A DNA stretch of 64,000 nt from Octopus vulgaris (GCA_951406725.2 OX597814.1:24738001-24802000), one strand, 5' to 3'; counted from the first letter of the stretch, positions 1-13,273 are shown. The notes: generated by a model from the letters alone, not told the origin. Numbers and translations: made by a program.

Positions 1-75
1 ATGTCTTTTTTCCTGCCCTCTAGGTGTGTCTGTGGTTGTGTGTGTGTGTGTGTATATATATAAATATATATATAT

Positions 76-451
76 CGATGTGGTGCATGTCAGTTCATAC
101 ATACTGGTCAATATATGAACACAAAAACCAGAAGAATATTTACAAATGCAAATATGAACTGCAACAACAGAAATTTAATTAATGCATCAAATGCCTGAAT
201 TATGAAGAGATATATTGTACGTTGATCAGATTGGGAATGCATAATCAGAATGTTCCCGTTTGTACTGACAGCAAATTAGGGATCCTGATATCCATCAGAT
301 AGCTTTAAGCAACCATCTGGCAATATGTGGTCAGAAAAAGTTTATAATATTCCCATTCTACAAACTACACAACTCAAGTGAAATTGAGAGAAAAATTAGA
401 GAAAAAAATTTTATTGATAAATTCCAACCCGTTCTAAATGGACAGTTATAG
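76..451 (+). pseudogene. Penelope-like element GIY-YIG endonuclease C-terminal remnant (frameshifted)
   Basis: Manual translation gives RCGACQFIHTG..MNCNNRNLI/(fs)CIKCLNYEEIY, then an open frame 272-451 QIRDPDIHQIALSNHLAICGQKKFIIFPFYKLHNSSEIERKIREKNFIDKFQPVLNGQL*. The CxxC linker, SxH and RExxFIxKFxPxLN pattern match PLE endonucleases. The 5' end abuts (TA)n at 52-75. Confidence 0.75.
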
Positions 452-864
452 TAATGGTGATAACTATAATGATGATGGTAATAATAATAATAAATACTAC
501 TGCTATTTCTACTGCTACCGCCACCACCACAAACAACAATAGTGGAGAATGGTAGTAGTGTTGACCAAATGAACATTGACTTGATTGAAAAATAAAAATT
601 TCTGGAGTAACAAAAGAATCCAATGAAAACGAGAATGTTGTTTACAACATTCCAAAATAAAACCAAACAATTATTCCTTTAGGTATAGTCAAAGCAAAGA
701 ATCTTTGACATGCCCATCAAACTGTGACATCTAAGCCACATACTGATTGGTCAAAATGCAGTTCATAAGATTCAGCCGGAAGGAGCTCATCAAAGGGTAT
801 TTAAAGGATAAATCCAACCATTTCACTACAGTTGTCAATTGTGGAACATGGCTGTCACTACATA

Positions 865-912
865 AGCCTGATGATTGCTTAACACATGAAAGTAATAGTT
901 TATCTATTGGCT
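865..912 (+). ncRNA. Degenerate hammerhead-like motif downstream of the PLE endonuclease remnant
   Basis: agc-CTGATGA-ttgcttaacacat-GAAA-gtaatag..ctattg-gct. The cleavage triplet is not intact. Confidence 0.3.
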
Positions 913-1639
913 AAACTGGCAAAATGACCATTCTGAAATACAACAATAATAGTATATTTCAATATTGTGAAATTATAAAATTGCAAATAATAACGTGGTG
1001 GAGGGCTCTTCATGCATTGAGTACATATTAAATTTTATTAAAACTTGACCAATATTTTTCAAGCACTGAACAATTTTCATCAAAACAATGATATAATTTG
1101 TCAATGTGGAACTTATTTCAAAGCTGCAATGATAAACAACATTTTCTGTCTTCCCATTCAGAGGTCAGTATAATTTTTCTCCTGTCTAACCTCTTTCTTT
1201 CTCTCTTCCTCTCTTTCTATTGATTGTTTTCAACCATCACCATCACCAGTACCACCACATCACCACTCTAGCTGCCATACACACACCATTCAGACTTCTG
1301 ACGCCACCACCATCAATACCTTTGATTTTGCCACCTTCCCCTCCACCACTATCACCACTGCCTTTCACAAGGCTTACTATCACCATCATCCCTGACCACC
1401 TTGGCTACCACTACCACCACCATCATCTCCAAAGCCTCCGCCTGTCACAACTACAGCTCATATTATTACTATTACCCATTGCCATCACAACCATCAATTT
1501 ACTACCAACCTAACCATCTTTATGCCTGCTATTACTCTCACCCTAGCAGGAGGAACAGTAGAAGTATCAGTGAATAGTGAAAGAGGGTGGTCAAAGTGTG
1601 CACACTGACTCAGAAATTCGTTTTGGCATTTATTATGAT

Positions 1640-1642
1640 AGA

Positions 1643-1684
<42 letters not shown>

Positions 1685-1749
1685 CATATACATATATATA
1701 TATACATATATACATATACATATATACATATACATATACATCTGTATAC

Positions 1750-1798
<49 letters not shown>

Positions 1799-1850
1799 CA
1801 CGCATATATATATATATATATGTGTGTACATATATATATATACACAATGT
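1640..1850. repeat. (TA)n/(TACA)n microsatellite
   Basis: Directly visible; source of the spurious YIYI ORFs. Confidence 0.95.
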
Positions 1851-2307
1851 GTATATGTTCTTGAGCTACACCCTTCATTACACATTGATCCAGCCTTCTC
1901 ACCTCTAAATAGGTAACCATGTAATGGACTGGTGTTCTGTTCACTGGGAATGTTAGCTTTAGGGGTGGGGGTGGGGCATAATCATTTAGGTCAAAAATAA
2001 ATCTTGAATGGAACTTATTGAATTTTGAATATAAACTTGGAAGTGTGAGTGAACACCATGCAAAAGCAACAGCACCAGCTCTTCATAGCAAGATAATAGT
2101 CATTAGAAAAGTAAGCAAATCGTTCACTTTTGGATTGTTTTAGTGTATAAATGTAATAAAATTCATGACAGCACTTAAAGTAGAATTTTTCTTGAAGAAA
2201 GAATTGATAATTATATTAGCAGGTATAGCTGAATATATGAAAGTTCTCTTAAGTTGGTTGCTTCAAGATAGTTCAATCATATTCCATTGAATACTATATA
2301 TGATATG

Positions 2308-2357
<50 letters not shown>

Positions 2358-3170
2358 TCATTTTACATTTGGTTGAATGTTTCCCGACATAAGAAACAGC
2401 TTTTTTTTTTGAAGTAATGTTTATATAGGAAAAGATTTCTATATTGAAAAAAAAAAAATTCTTTAACGAATTCGTGTTACTACATTACCTAAACTCCACA
2501 GAAAAATATCTCCTTGTACATTATGTTTTATTCTATTTCTTTTTACATTAGTATTTTTACTTAACGCTATCAGATGAGAATCGTAGCTGAAAACATAAAT
2601 GTTGGTAATGGATCATTAGAATGCATTGATAAAAGAAAATCTAATTCAAAATGAGGCAATATAAAATACCAATTGTATCTCCTAATTAGCAGATATTTTT
2701 TTCCTTATTTTACGTACATTTCAAGATTTCCATGATACAGCAAAAATTGAAAACATAAATTACTTCGCAGCTCATTAAGATGAATTTAAATCCATCCCCA
2801 ACCTACAAAAGACACACCTATGCTACACTTGAATGTGACTCTCAGTAATTGATTTCAGTGAATCTGGTATGTTGAAATGTGAGACATCTTTGAAATAAAC
2901 TTATTGTTCAAAATCAAATTACATTTGATTTGAAGGCCAGAAACAGATTTCCAAAAGAAATTTTCTTTTGTATGAAGTAATGAAGAGTTGCTCTCATGTT
3001 GTAAGGAAGAAAATGAAGATGAGCTGCAGGTGAAATAGGAAGTAGTTATAATAAGAGAAAGTGTGAAAATATTGAGATATTTTGAGTTAGAATCTTTCTT
3101 AGCATTGCAATGTATATAATGAAGCAATTCATACTCCACACACATACATACATGTATATGTATGTACATA

Positions 3171-3207
<37 letters not shown>

Positions 3208-3319
3208 GAGTAAGCACATAAATGTGAAACAAGGTGGAAAAAAGAGTACTCAAATACCAGAGGTAGAGTAATATGCTTTATTTAAAAGCAGCAGAAATAT
3301 AGCAGTTTTGTTAACAAAA

Positions 3320-3357
3320 CTGTCCGACGAATGGGAACATGAAACTCTGAGTAACAG
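3320..3357 (+). ncRNA. Minimal type-I hammerhead ribozyme (U4C core variant)
   Basis: ctgt-CCGACGA-atg(ggaa)cat-GAAAC-tctga-GTA-acag. Confidence 0.65.
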
Positions 3358-3390
3358 CTTTTGTGATATTTCTGCTGCTTTTAAATAAAG

Positions 3391-3428
<38 letters not shown>

Positions 3429-3432
3429 AAAG

Positions 3433-3470
3433 CTGTTACTCAGAGTTTCATGTTCCCATTCGTCAGACAG
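3433..3470 (-). ncRNA. Minimal type-I hammerhead ribozyme
   Basis: Reverse complement ctgt-CTGACGA-atg(ggaa)cat-GAAAC-tctga-GTA-acag: full core, stem I ctgt/acag, GUA triplet. Confidence 0.8.
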
Positions 3471-3514
3471 TTTTGTTAACAAAACTGCTATATTTCTGCT
3501 GCTTTTAAATAAAG

Positions 3515-3583
<69 letters not shown>

Positions 3584-4494
3584 GTGTGTGTGTGTGTCAT
3601 CATTACCCTCATCATCATCATTTAACAGCTGTTTCCCATACTAGCATGTGTTGGACAGTTTGACAGCAGTTGGCAAGTCAGGAAGCTGCATCAGGCTCCA
3701 ATCATTTACTTTAGCACAGTTTCTACGGCAGGATGCCCTTCATAGTGTCAACCACTTTACAGAAAATACAAGGTGCTTTTTTTTTATGCAGCACCAGCAC
3801 TTGTGGGGTGGAGGCCATCAAGTAGCTTACAAGACAAGAAACTCTCAGCTGAGAGAGGGAAAGGAACTGAGAGAAGTGGCCATGTACCAAGCAAAAGGTT
3901 GGAGTATGATAGAGGAAGAGGAATAGCTAGCTGTCTTACTACAGAGGAGATACTTGTCTACTCCAGTAGGACAAAGATGAGCAAGAAATAGAAGAGGGTG
4001 AGAGAGTGAGAGAGATTAGTCACAATGAGAAAGAGAGGGCCTACCCAGTGGGATGGAGTATAAGGACTTCAGAGGTAATAGAGGGGATATTCCATAAGAG
4101 TGTGAGGGGAGATAATTAGAGATAGCAAGTAATGGTGAGGAGAATGGAAGAGACTAGGAGGTAAGCATAGTGTATATGTAGAGTATGAAGAGTGTGTATA
4201 GGCACATGAGGGAGAATGGAAGAGATTGGAAAGGGTGATGGGGGTTATGGGGAAATGGGTTGTGGGGGAGTTTTGTTAGAGGACAGAATTTTGTGTTTGT
4301 GCGAGGGGAAGTGGGTATGGCCATAAAGGAAATTCATCTACGTATGAATGGTCATGATTTTACTTATTTTGATATGTCTTCTCAAGAATAGCAAATAGCC
4401 AGAAGTCTCACTTCCTCATCATCTCATTCTGCATATCCCACATGTTTATTGTGCCTGCACATGTACCACACACAAAGAAAGATATATATATATA

Positions 4495-5000
4495 CTAGCA
4501 GTATCGCCCGGCGTTGCTCGGGTTTGTAAGGGAAATAACTATATAAGTATTTTTAGAGAGTTACTTCCCTTATAAATTCGGGCTTTCTTAGCCATTTTTG
4601 TTTTGGTGTCTTCAAGCCATGAAGTCGTTGTTCTAAAAGAACGCTGGTTTCCTTCACAACGCATTACGACGTTGATTTCTTTACACTCCCTTCCCCACAG
4701 CTTCACGAGGGAGGGAAGGGGGAGAAGCAAACAGGTGCAGCTGTGAGCGTGGACGCCAACTCCGCCGCCATCGACACACGATGCATTTTATGCATTAAAA
4801 TGGAATAAAAAATGATGTTAAATTATTTTTAAAATCGTAGACTCATCGTTGACGCGCGCTAATAGTCAGACGGGCTCGATATTAATCACGACTATAAGAT
4901 ACCCGAATTTGGTTAAACTGCACCGCAAAATGTGGGAGGAGTTAGGAATCTAAATCGAAGGGGACAGACACTCACACAACTAGAGTTTTATATATATAGA
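4495..5000 (-). mobile_element. Non-autonomous Helitron
   Basis: Minus strand starts TCTATATATATAAAA and ends with hairpin CCCGAGC-AAC-GCCGGG then CTAG. Inserted between A and T with no TSD. Confidence 0.75.
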
Positions 5001-5014
5001 TATGTGTGTGTATT

Positions 5015-5046
<32 letters not shown>

Positions 5047-5074
5047 TGTATGTATGTATGTATGTATGTATGTA

Positions 5075-5372
5075 TATAAAAAATTTTTTCTGTAATCAGA
5101 TAAAAAAAACCAAGGCTGTGTAGATTTTAGAACATTTATAGATAGAAGGTCTTACAGCTGTTCCCAGGATATTTATTATATCCCTTCATCAGAGACGGTG
5201 TGAGAGGATGGCTAAGAAATAGTTAATTTAGATGAGATATAAAATAGAGAATGAAGTGGAGGAAATAAAAGAAAATAGATGTGAGATATGTAGGGATATT
5301 GCATTTGTAGATCCAGTTTTTTTAGGCAATATGGCATACGTATAAGATTCTAATACCTTATGAGTAAAATCC
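5075..5372 (-). mobile_element. PLE 3'-end fragment with hammerhead motif at 5149-5196
   Basis: Reverse complement gtct-CTGATGA-agggatat(aataa)atatcctg-GGAAC-agct-GTA-agac. Same family as 7204-7600; flanked by (TATG)n/(TA)n. Confidence 0.7.
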
Positions 5373-5838
5373 ATATGTATGTATGTATGTATGTATGTAT
5401 ATATTATAAGGCACCAAAAGAGAATGACCCACCCCAGACACAACAGCATATATATATATATATATATATATAGTTTTCATTTTTAATAAAACATTGCACA
5501 GCTGTCTATATTAAATTATTGTAAGCACATTAGCAATTCACTAAATCATCCATAAATTTTTATGGTGAATACATATGTACTGACAGAGAAGCAAGTCCAG
5601 AAAAAGCCAAGTCGAACAGTCTCTACTGATGTGCTATGGAATTAGCCAAAACTGACTGATGAGTATAGAGAATTCTTGAATGGTGCAATTACAGTCCCTC
5701 TCAGTACATATATATGCAATTATGCACTTTAACTACAGCATTAGAACTTTTAGCTCTTATCTCAAGTAATGTATGTATTCTAACACCCTAGTCATATTTA
5801 GTGACAATTATAGCTTTCCTTTTTGGTGGTATATTGAA

Positions 5839-5890
<52 letters not shown>

Positions 5891-6035
5891 CAGGAAAAAT
5901 AGTCAAGGTAGAAAATGTTCACTCCCTAAAATGTTTCTATGATAAAATTATTTTAGCATTTTCTAGCTTGACTTTTTACCATATACATATCAACTCATGT
6001 ATTCCTTTTCAACCTGTTATATATATACATATATA

Positions 6036-7195
6036 CACAGACATGCAGGAAGTCAATAGACACGTTTAATTTTCATGATCTTTTATTTAATACACAAAGC
6101 GAAGAATTGAAATGTAATCGATAGGTAAGACTACATACTTTAGTATTTAGTTGACATTCCCTTTGCAGTTTTTAATTCAGAAACTCTTTTCGGCATTGAA
6201 CTGATGAGTTTTGTGATTGTCTTTTGTGGAATTTCTCTCTACTTTTCATGCAACAATCAAAACAATTCATCGTTAGATTTAAGTTTCTGTTGAGTTTTTT
6301 GTATAGCTCTATCTAGTATGCTCCAAAGATTTTCAATTGGGTTCATGTCAGGAGATTGGCTCGGCCAAGGAAGCTTTTTGATCCCATTTTCAGTCAGCCA
6401 TTGTTGATTCCTTTTCATTGAATAGAAACTAATTTTTCGTTATGTTATCGTGTGAATACATCAGAAGTTAACCTTGCTTAAGTATTTCGATGTATTTTTC
6501 AGAGTTTATAGTTCCAACACATTTGACCAGCTCAGAACGACCATTGCTGGTGATTGCTCCCCATGCCATTACAGAGGTACCGCCATGTTTCACAGTTTGT
6601 TGGAGTCGTTTTAAATTAATTTCTTGATTGGGAAGCCTCCAGACCCAAGCACGTCCACTGTCTGAAAATAATGCAAATCTGCATTCATCTGAGAAAATCA
6701 TTCTATCACAAAATGAACTGGATTTTTCTGACATCTCCTTAGCCCATTTCTTTCTTTTCATGATATTAATTGGTTGAAGGAGAGATTTTCTTCTAGCTGC
6801 TCATCCATAATACCAAAGCTTATGCAGATATGTAACACACATTCTTAGACTAACTTCTAGCTGTTATGCAATGTCAGAAGCCTTTGAACAGGGTTTGCTT
6901 TCCACAATTCTCTTCAAACAGCAAAGCTTCCTTTCCAAGGGCCCAGGTCAGCCAGGACAAGAATCAGTTGATTCTTTTCCTTGGCTTTTGCATTGCACTA
7001 TAATTCTATTAACAGTAGCAAGAGGAATTTGAAGATTTTTGGCAATTTTTCACTGGCTAAGACCAGCCTCAGATTGCCCAACAATACAACCTCTTTGAAA
7101 ATCTGACAGTTCTGCTGAATTTTTTGTGTGTGGCATGGTTACTCTTCACATATGTTTAATATAATGGTACCTAGAATGAAAAAGAATAATTACAT
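6036..7195 (-). mobile_element. Tc1-like DNA transposon, decayed transposase
   Basis: ORF 6468-6761 contains [32 protein letters not shown]. Downstream WPSQSPDMNPIENLW; N-terminal ELSDFQRGCIVG near 7110. Several frameshifts. Confidence 0.85.
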
Positions 7196-7203
7196 TGTAA
7201 ATT

Positions 7204-7600
7204 CTAGAGTTTATAAGCAATGTAAGATTCCCTTATGAGTGAGAATCTTACATTGCTTATAAACTCTATATTTGGAAGGACTCATTTTAAACTCTGTTGG
7301 ACTTTTGGACTTTACTCTGAGGATATTGGAATATTGCATATATACCATTATCCTCTGAGTAAAGTCCAAAAAAACTTCAATATCCATACATATCTTGCAT
7401 TTATTTTCTTTCCTCCACCTCATCTCTCTATTTTGTATCACATTGAAACTAACAATGACTTAACTATCCTCTCACACCGTCTCCGATGAAGGGATATGTT
7501 TAATAAATATCCTAGAAACAGCTGTAAGACCTTTTATCTATAAATGCTCTAATATCTACACAGCCTTGGTTTTTTATCTTATTACGCAAAAAATTCTTAT
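7204..7600 (+). mobile_element. PLE 3' fragment: short 5' fold-back, endonuclease tail remnant, hammerhead at 7479-7530
   Basis: 26-bp inverted arms at 7204-7267. ESYIAYKL../LEGLILN remnant. gtct-CCGATGA-agggatat..atatccta-GAAAC-agct-GTA-agac. Ends in (TA)n. Confidence 0.7.
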
Positions 7601-7659
7601 ATATATATATCACCATTTTTGATTATTTCTACTTTTGATAATACATCTCTCTATTTCCC

Positions 7660-7710
<51 letters not shown>

Positions 7711-7739
7711 ATGTACATATCTGTGTGTGTGTATATATT

Positions 7740-7777
<38 letters not shown>

Positions 7778-7941
7778 CAGCCGAAATTGTGAAGATAATT
7801 TGGTACTTGACTGAGGAAAGAATGCTTTGAATGACCTATCCTTGTTTTCTTTGTATCGTCTATCTGGATGTTTTGTTGTCCTATTCTTGTATCACCCAAC
7901 TGTCTGGATGTTTTGCGTTCTTGTCCCATTTTGTATTTTTC

Positions 7942-7994
<53 letters not shown>

Positions 7995-8711
7995 TTTATA
8001 TATACATACATATATATACGTACATATATATATATACATATATACATACATATATAGGTATATATATATATATATAGGGGGACAAATATGCACATGCATA
8101 CATGCCCCCCCCCCACACACACACATATACACACATACACACTCTGTGGAGCAGTTGGTGCTAGGAAGGACATCCATCCATAAAAAAACTTTGCTGAAAA
8201 AAACACAGAAGTCTGGTGCAGTCTTCTACCTGGCCAACTCCTGTCAAATCATCCAACTCATACCAGCATGGAAGGAGGATATTAAACGATGATGATGATG
8301 ATAATGATGCATATAAATATGTATACACTTTTGTGTGCATTCATGTGCATAAATAAGACTGATATTAAAACCAAATATATTAAATAAATTATGACAATAA
8401 TTTCATATTAATATGTATATTGTGAATACATTCATTAAGCAAACAATGTCTTGTTGTATGAGTTTAATAGCTCTTTGGTCATGTCTAATAATGACTTGCA
8501 GTAAAATATTTATATAAACAAGGCTGAGGTCACTGGGGTTTCTTTACCCTCAAAAGCATTATTCATTTGTATAACCAAATTCACTTGACTCTGGTTTTGT
8601 TCAATAGTGGAAATTTTGTAATACATTCATGCAATTCACTAATTAAATGACGAGGCATTGGACTTCATTACTGGACTTGACCAAATACTTAACCATCTTA
8701 TTATAATGTTT

Positions 8712-8935
8712 ACTCTTTTACTCTTTTACTCTTTTACTTGTCTCAGTCATTTGACTCTGACCATGCTGGAGCACCGCCTTTAGTCAAACAAATCGACCCC
8801 AGGACTTATTCTTTCTAAGCCTAGTGCTTATTCTATCGGTCTCTTTTGCCAAACCGCTAAGTTTTGGGGATGTAAACACAGCAGCATTGGTTGTCAAGCG
8901 ATGCTGGAGGGACAAACACTGACATACAAACATAT

Positions 8936-8966
<31 letters not shown>

Positions 8967-9140
8967 CATATATACGACAGGCTTCTTTCAGTTTCTGTCT
9001 ACCAAATCCACTCACAAGGCTTTGGTCGGCCCGACGCTATAGTAGAAGACACTTACCCAAGGTGCCACACAGTAGTACTGAACCCAGAACCTTGTGGTTG
9101 GTAAGCATGCTACCTACCACACAGCCACTCCTATGCCTGT
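8712..9140 (-). mobile_element. tRNA-derived SINE, family A (most abundant family in the window)
   Basis: Minus-strand head ggagtggctgtgtggt..ggttcagt (A/B boxes), internal (TA)/(TG) tract, tail ..tgagacaagtaaaagagtaaaagag. Near-identical copies occur throughout the window. Confidence 0.85.
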
Positions 9141-9621
9141 TATACTATTCATATAAAGTGCCTAAAATTTTTATTATAAGATGTAATTAGTTAAGATCTT
9201 TAAACCAGAGGAAATAAACTTTTATTTAGAATTATTCACTACTTTTCTGTTTGTAAAAGCAAAGTATTTATTCAATTTCAAGTAGCGGAATTAAAAGTTA
9301 TTCTAATGACCAGTTGTGAATTAGGACTATGGCTAGTGGTTCATTCAAGAAGATACCTATCTGCATAATAGCTTTTATATATTTAGTGCATTATTATATG
9401 TAGTTTTAACTAGGACATACATTATGCCATTTGTCATATGTTATCATAGCAGCATTTTAAAAGTTGTTTAGGTCATTTTTTCTTATTTTTCAAGTTAATA
9501 AATTGAGAAAATAGCATACAAAGAATATACTACATATATTACAGTTTGGGTTAGTTTTTTTTTCTTTTCTTTTACAGTATGATATTTGTAAATAATTAAT
9601 AGATTAATATTTTCTGAGTGT

Positions 9622-10055
9622 TAAGGTGGCGAGCTGGCAGAAACATTAGCATACTGGGTGAAATGCTTAGTGATATTTCATCTGCCGTTACGTTCAAAGT
9701 TCAAATTCCGCCGAGGTTGACTTTGCCTTTCATCCTTTTGGGGCTGATAAATTAAGTGCCAGTTACACACTGGGGTCGATGTAATCGACTTAATCTCTTT
9801 GTCTGTCCTTGTTTGTCTCCCCTATGTTTAGCCCTTTGTGGGCAATAAAGAAATAAGAAATGTTAGCATGCTAGGCAAAAGGCTTAACAGCATTTTTACA
9901 TCTTTACATTCTGAGTTCAAATTCTACCAAGGTTGACATTGCCTTTTATTATATCGTGTTCAAAAAAATAAATATCAGCTGAGCACTGGGGTTAATCTAA
10001 CTAATTTATGCAACTCCTTAAACTTGCTGGCCTTGAGCCAAAATTTGAAATCAGT
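9622..10055 (+). mobile_element. tRNA-derived SINE family B (CORE-SINE-like), tandem pair
   Basis: ggtggcgagctggcagaa head, gttcaaattcc B-box and gactttgcctttcatcc..gataaattaagt core. Related copies at about 45650-45800, 49840-50080 and 55050-55215. Confidence 0.7.
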
Positions 10056-12117
10056 ATTTTCTTAGTGTAAGATACTAACCAAAGTAACAATCCATGATTT
10101 GGTTTAGTAAAGTTTTTGCTAAAAATACTATTTAGACACACAGACACACTTCCTAATTTGAACAATACTTGAACCTAAAATCTGGTATTTCTCTACCATA
10201 AAAAGTTTATTACAGCGCAAATATGGAATCACCCCAATGGATTTAAATCCAGTGTCTTCACTTATTAGAGTAATTTCAAGTAAAATTGTGCCATTAAAGA
10301 AGATGAACTTACAAATATTACACAGCTGCAGTTGACTCTTCCAAATTAATATCTATTCACTTTTGGGGTGGTAGGTAGTGAGTGGGGGGAGGGAGAATGG
10401 AATTCTCAAAATAAAAAAATGATAAAGAAAAAGAAGAGAACAAGTGACAAAACCATCAGTAATCTTAATCATTTCACTTTTCCTTCTCACCATGTACATT
10501 TTCAACAGATTCCAATGGTAAAAATTAAAGAAAAAGAAAACAAGAGGAAAAAAATTAATAATAATAATAATAATAAATTCATATTGTTTTTTCTTTTTGC
10601 ATTATTTATTATGGTGGTTATATTTGTGTGTATATATTGTTTATGATAGTTGTTTTCATTAGCTAATTTCTTTAAAATACACAATGGAATTTTACATTTT
10701 ACAATGAACATGAAGTTTATTGAATTGAAACTGTAAAACACATTCAAATTTTTTAAAACTGATACAAAGACTGGAGCTATTTTCATGAAGTATTATAAAG
10801 ATTCTATTGATCATTAGATGCCAATTTGAAAGCCTGAAGGAGATTTTTCATTAACTTAATAAGGTTTCCTTTAAAGTATTTCATCAATGTATAAACTAGT
10901 GCTGTATTAGTCAAAGCATCTAAAATGTGAAACCCAATTTTGCAGCCTGCCTACTGGAATTCAATGCGAGACATATGCCCAATGGTTGCTTACAGATAAA
11001 TAATTTGGCTGTAATATGTTCATATGTTCATTTTTCAGAGAATCATTACATTTTATTGCTCAGAGCAATATAAATATATTTCCATTTGCATCCCCACCCA
11101 ATTAAGGAAGAGATATTTTCAAGAATTCCTTTGTTGTTTTCCAAATTCTTATCTCATGATGCAATATATATTAGTGGTGCATAACTTCAATAAATCTAAA
11201 TCATTTGGAAATACTTTTTACCAAAATGGGAAGTATAATATTTCAAAGATAATGAAGTCATAGATAATTGGAAGTGACAATTTGTTAATGAGCAGAGGGC
11301 TTTCAGAATTAAAGATATATATTTAATTAGAATTTTAGTTTTAGAAATTTGGCTTAAAATTTTGTCAGAAGATAATTTTTTTAGGAATTTAATCTGTAAT
11401 GATTGTGTCCATTCTAAAAGGGTATTGTTTTGCATTAGTTACCATGTATCTTGTTTCATTTATCTTCTAAACTATTGTATACATACATTTTTGAAAACTC
11501 TGAAATAAAACTCAATTTAAAATCCCAGTTAGCTTAATATGAATATTTTACCGAATATAGTTAATGTCAAAAGTATCAAACAATGATTCTGCTTAATCTA
11601 TTTCTACAACAAATTCAGACAACTTAGGAAGCTTTGTTCTGTTCATTGTTGCTGTTTAGCCCAAGAGAAGACTCAATCAAGCAGGCCTATGATGTGTGTA
11701 CACATGTTTGTACATCCTAACTATTATAGCCCTGTGTATATAAGAACATATATGTCCTTCCATCCACACTTTATTAATTAGTATATGTCTAATCTTACAC
11801 TGGTTCTATTCTGTCTTTACCTCACATTGCAGTATACTTATATACTCTACATACATTCTACCCAGTCTTTACCTCACCTTGAAATATCTTTTTCAACTCA
11901 ATATTTTTTCGATCTTAGAATAGATCTATTAACTTATATATTTCTGTTATAGATCATCCATAACTTTTTACCTGCTGAGCTGCCAACATACTTTACAAGA
12001 CTTCATTAATCCATTAATTCTTTAATCATGGAATTACTTGATACAGTTGCCTCTCATTCTAACTGGTGGCTGCAAATATCAATTAAGGATCAACTTTTCT
12101 ATACTGCTTTACCTCGA

Positions 12118-12205
12118 TCTCTGATGAGAGGATGCATAGGTTATGTGAATTTGCCATACATTAACATGATCCACTTGCTCAGAGATTTTAGAAACAGTTG
12201 TAAGA
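12118..12205 (+). ncRNA. Hammerhead-like motif with long stem II in an old PLE 3' fragment
   Basis: tct-CTGATGA-(63 nt; ggat..cat..gtta..atgt/acat..taac..atg..atcc)-GAAAC-agtt-GTA-aga. Confidence 0.55.
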
Positions 12206-12448
12206 GACTTTACTTATCTACCATAACTGTTCTGTGTTTTATTTATACTTTATATTTTATTTGTACTATTCATTATAAAGTAAATATTCTTGAGTAATGT
12301 CAAATGTTTTGTTTTTCTGTCTTCCATTTTTTTCTCTATTCATGCTTACTGGAATCAGGTACCACTCCTGGCTATCTTTGGTAAGCAATTTCAACACCTC
12401 ATTTTCATTTACACTTCTAGCTAGAGTTTTAGTGATAAACCAATTTAA

Positions 12449-12669
12449 CCCTTTCTATTCTAATCCAGCTGAAACTGCCTCTGGTTCTGCAGTACAAATG
12501 TCTTGTTTTCATGAGTTTTGAATTAAGATCTTCCATCAAACCTTAGTCACAATTTATGTTCCTAACACTAGCTTAATGATAATGAAGTTATTTTACTAAA
12601 TTCTTTGTTATATTTAAAATAATTGGAAAAAACACAGAGCATCTCAAAATAAATATGGTAATGAAAGGA
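12449..12669. mobile_element. piggyBac-type MITE
   Basis: TTAA|CCCTTTC ... GAAAGGA|TTGA termini. A related copy lies in reverse orientation at 54351-54566. Confidence 0.55.
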
Positions 12670-13237
12670 TTGAAGCACTTATTGTACATAGTTATTTATA
12701 TACATCAATCGACAGATGCTACTTGCATCTCATGTATGTGCATATGATATATACATGTACGTACATATGTATGTATGTATATCATTATCATCATCATCAT
12801 CCTCATCATTATCATTTGACGCCCATAGTCCATACTGGCATGGATTGGATGGTTTGACAGGAGCTGGACTTCTGGTGAGCTGTCCAGACTCTAATTGTGT
12901 GTTGTGGCATGGTCTCTATGGTTGTGTGCCTTTCCTAATCCCAACTACATTACAGAGTGTGCTGGGTGCTTTATATGTGCCACCATCATGTCTCTCTTAT
13001 ATGGAGTGTGGATGTGTTTGCAAGCATATGTGGGTGCTTGTGTAACTATCTGTAAAGTTTTTGATGATAAGAAGGGTATCCAGTCATAGAAACCATGTCA
13101 AAGAAGATACTGGTGCATGGTTCAGTCAAATCATCCAAATATGCCATCATGGAAGACTGATGTTAAATGATAATGATATGAATATATATATATATATATG
13201 TAAATGTGTCTGTGTATGTATGTATCTATCTATTTAA

Positions 13238-13273
<36 letters not shown>

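Larger units (their letters stand above)
3206..3517. mobile_element. Fold-back PLE-derived insertion(s) in (TA)n with two opposed hammerheads
   Basis: 3270-3363 is the reverse complement of 3427-3517. Internal palindrome cagttttgttaacaaaactg. (TA)n tracts flank and separate the pieces. Confidence 0.7.

Noticed and set aside
5075-7600. Inverted PLE copies flanking the Tc1 element as a possible composite transposon
   Set aside because: The copies are diverged, differ in extent and enclose unique DNA. The 7204 copy appears to interrupt the Tc1 end, so independent insertions are simpler.
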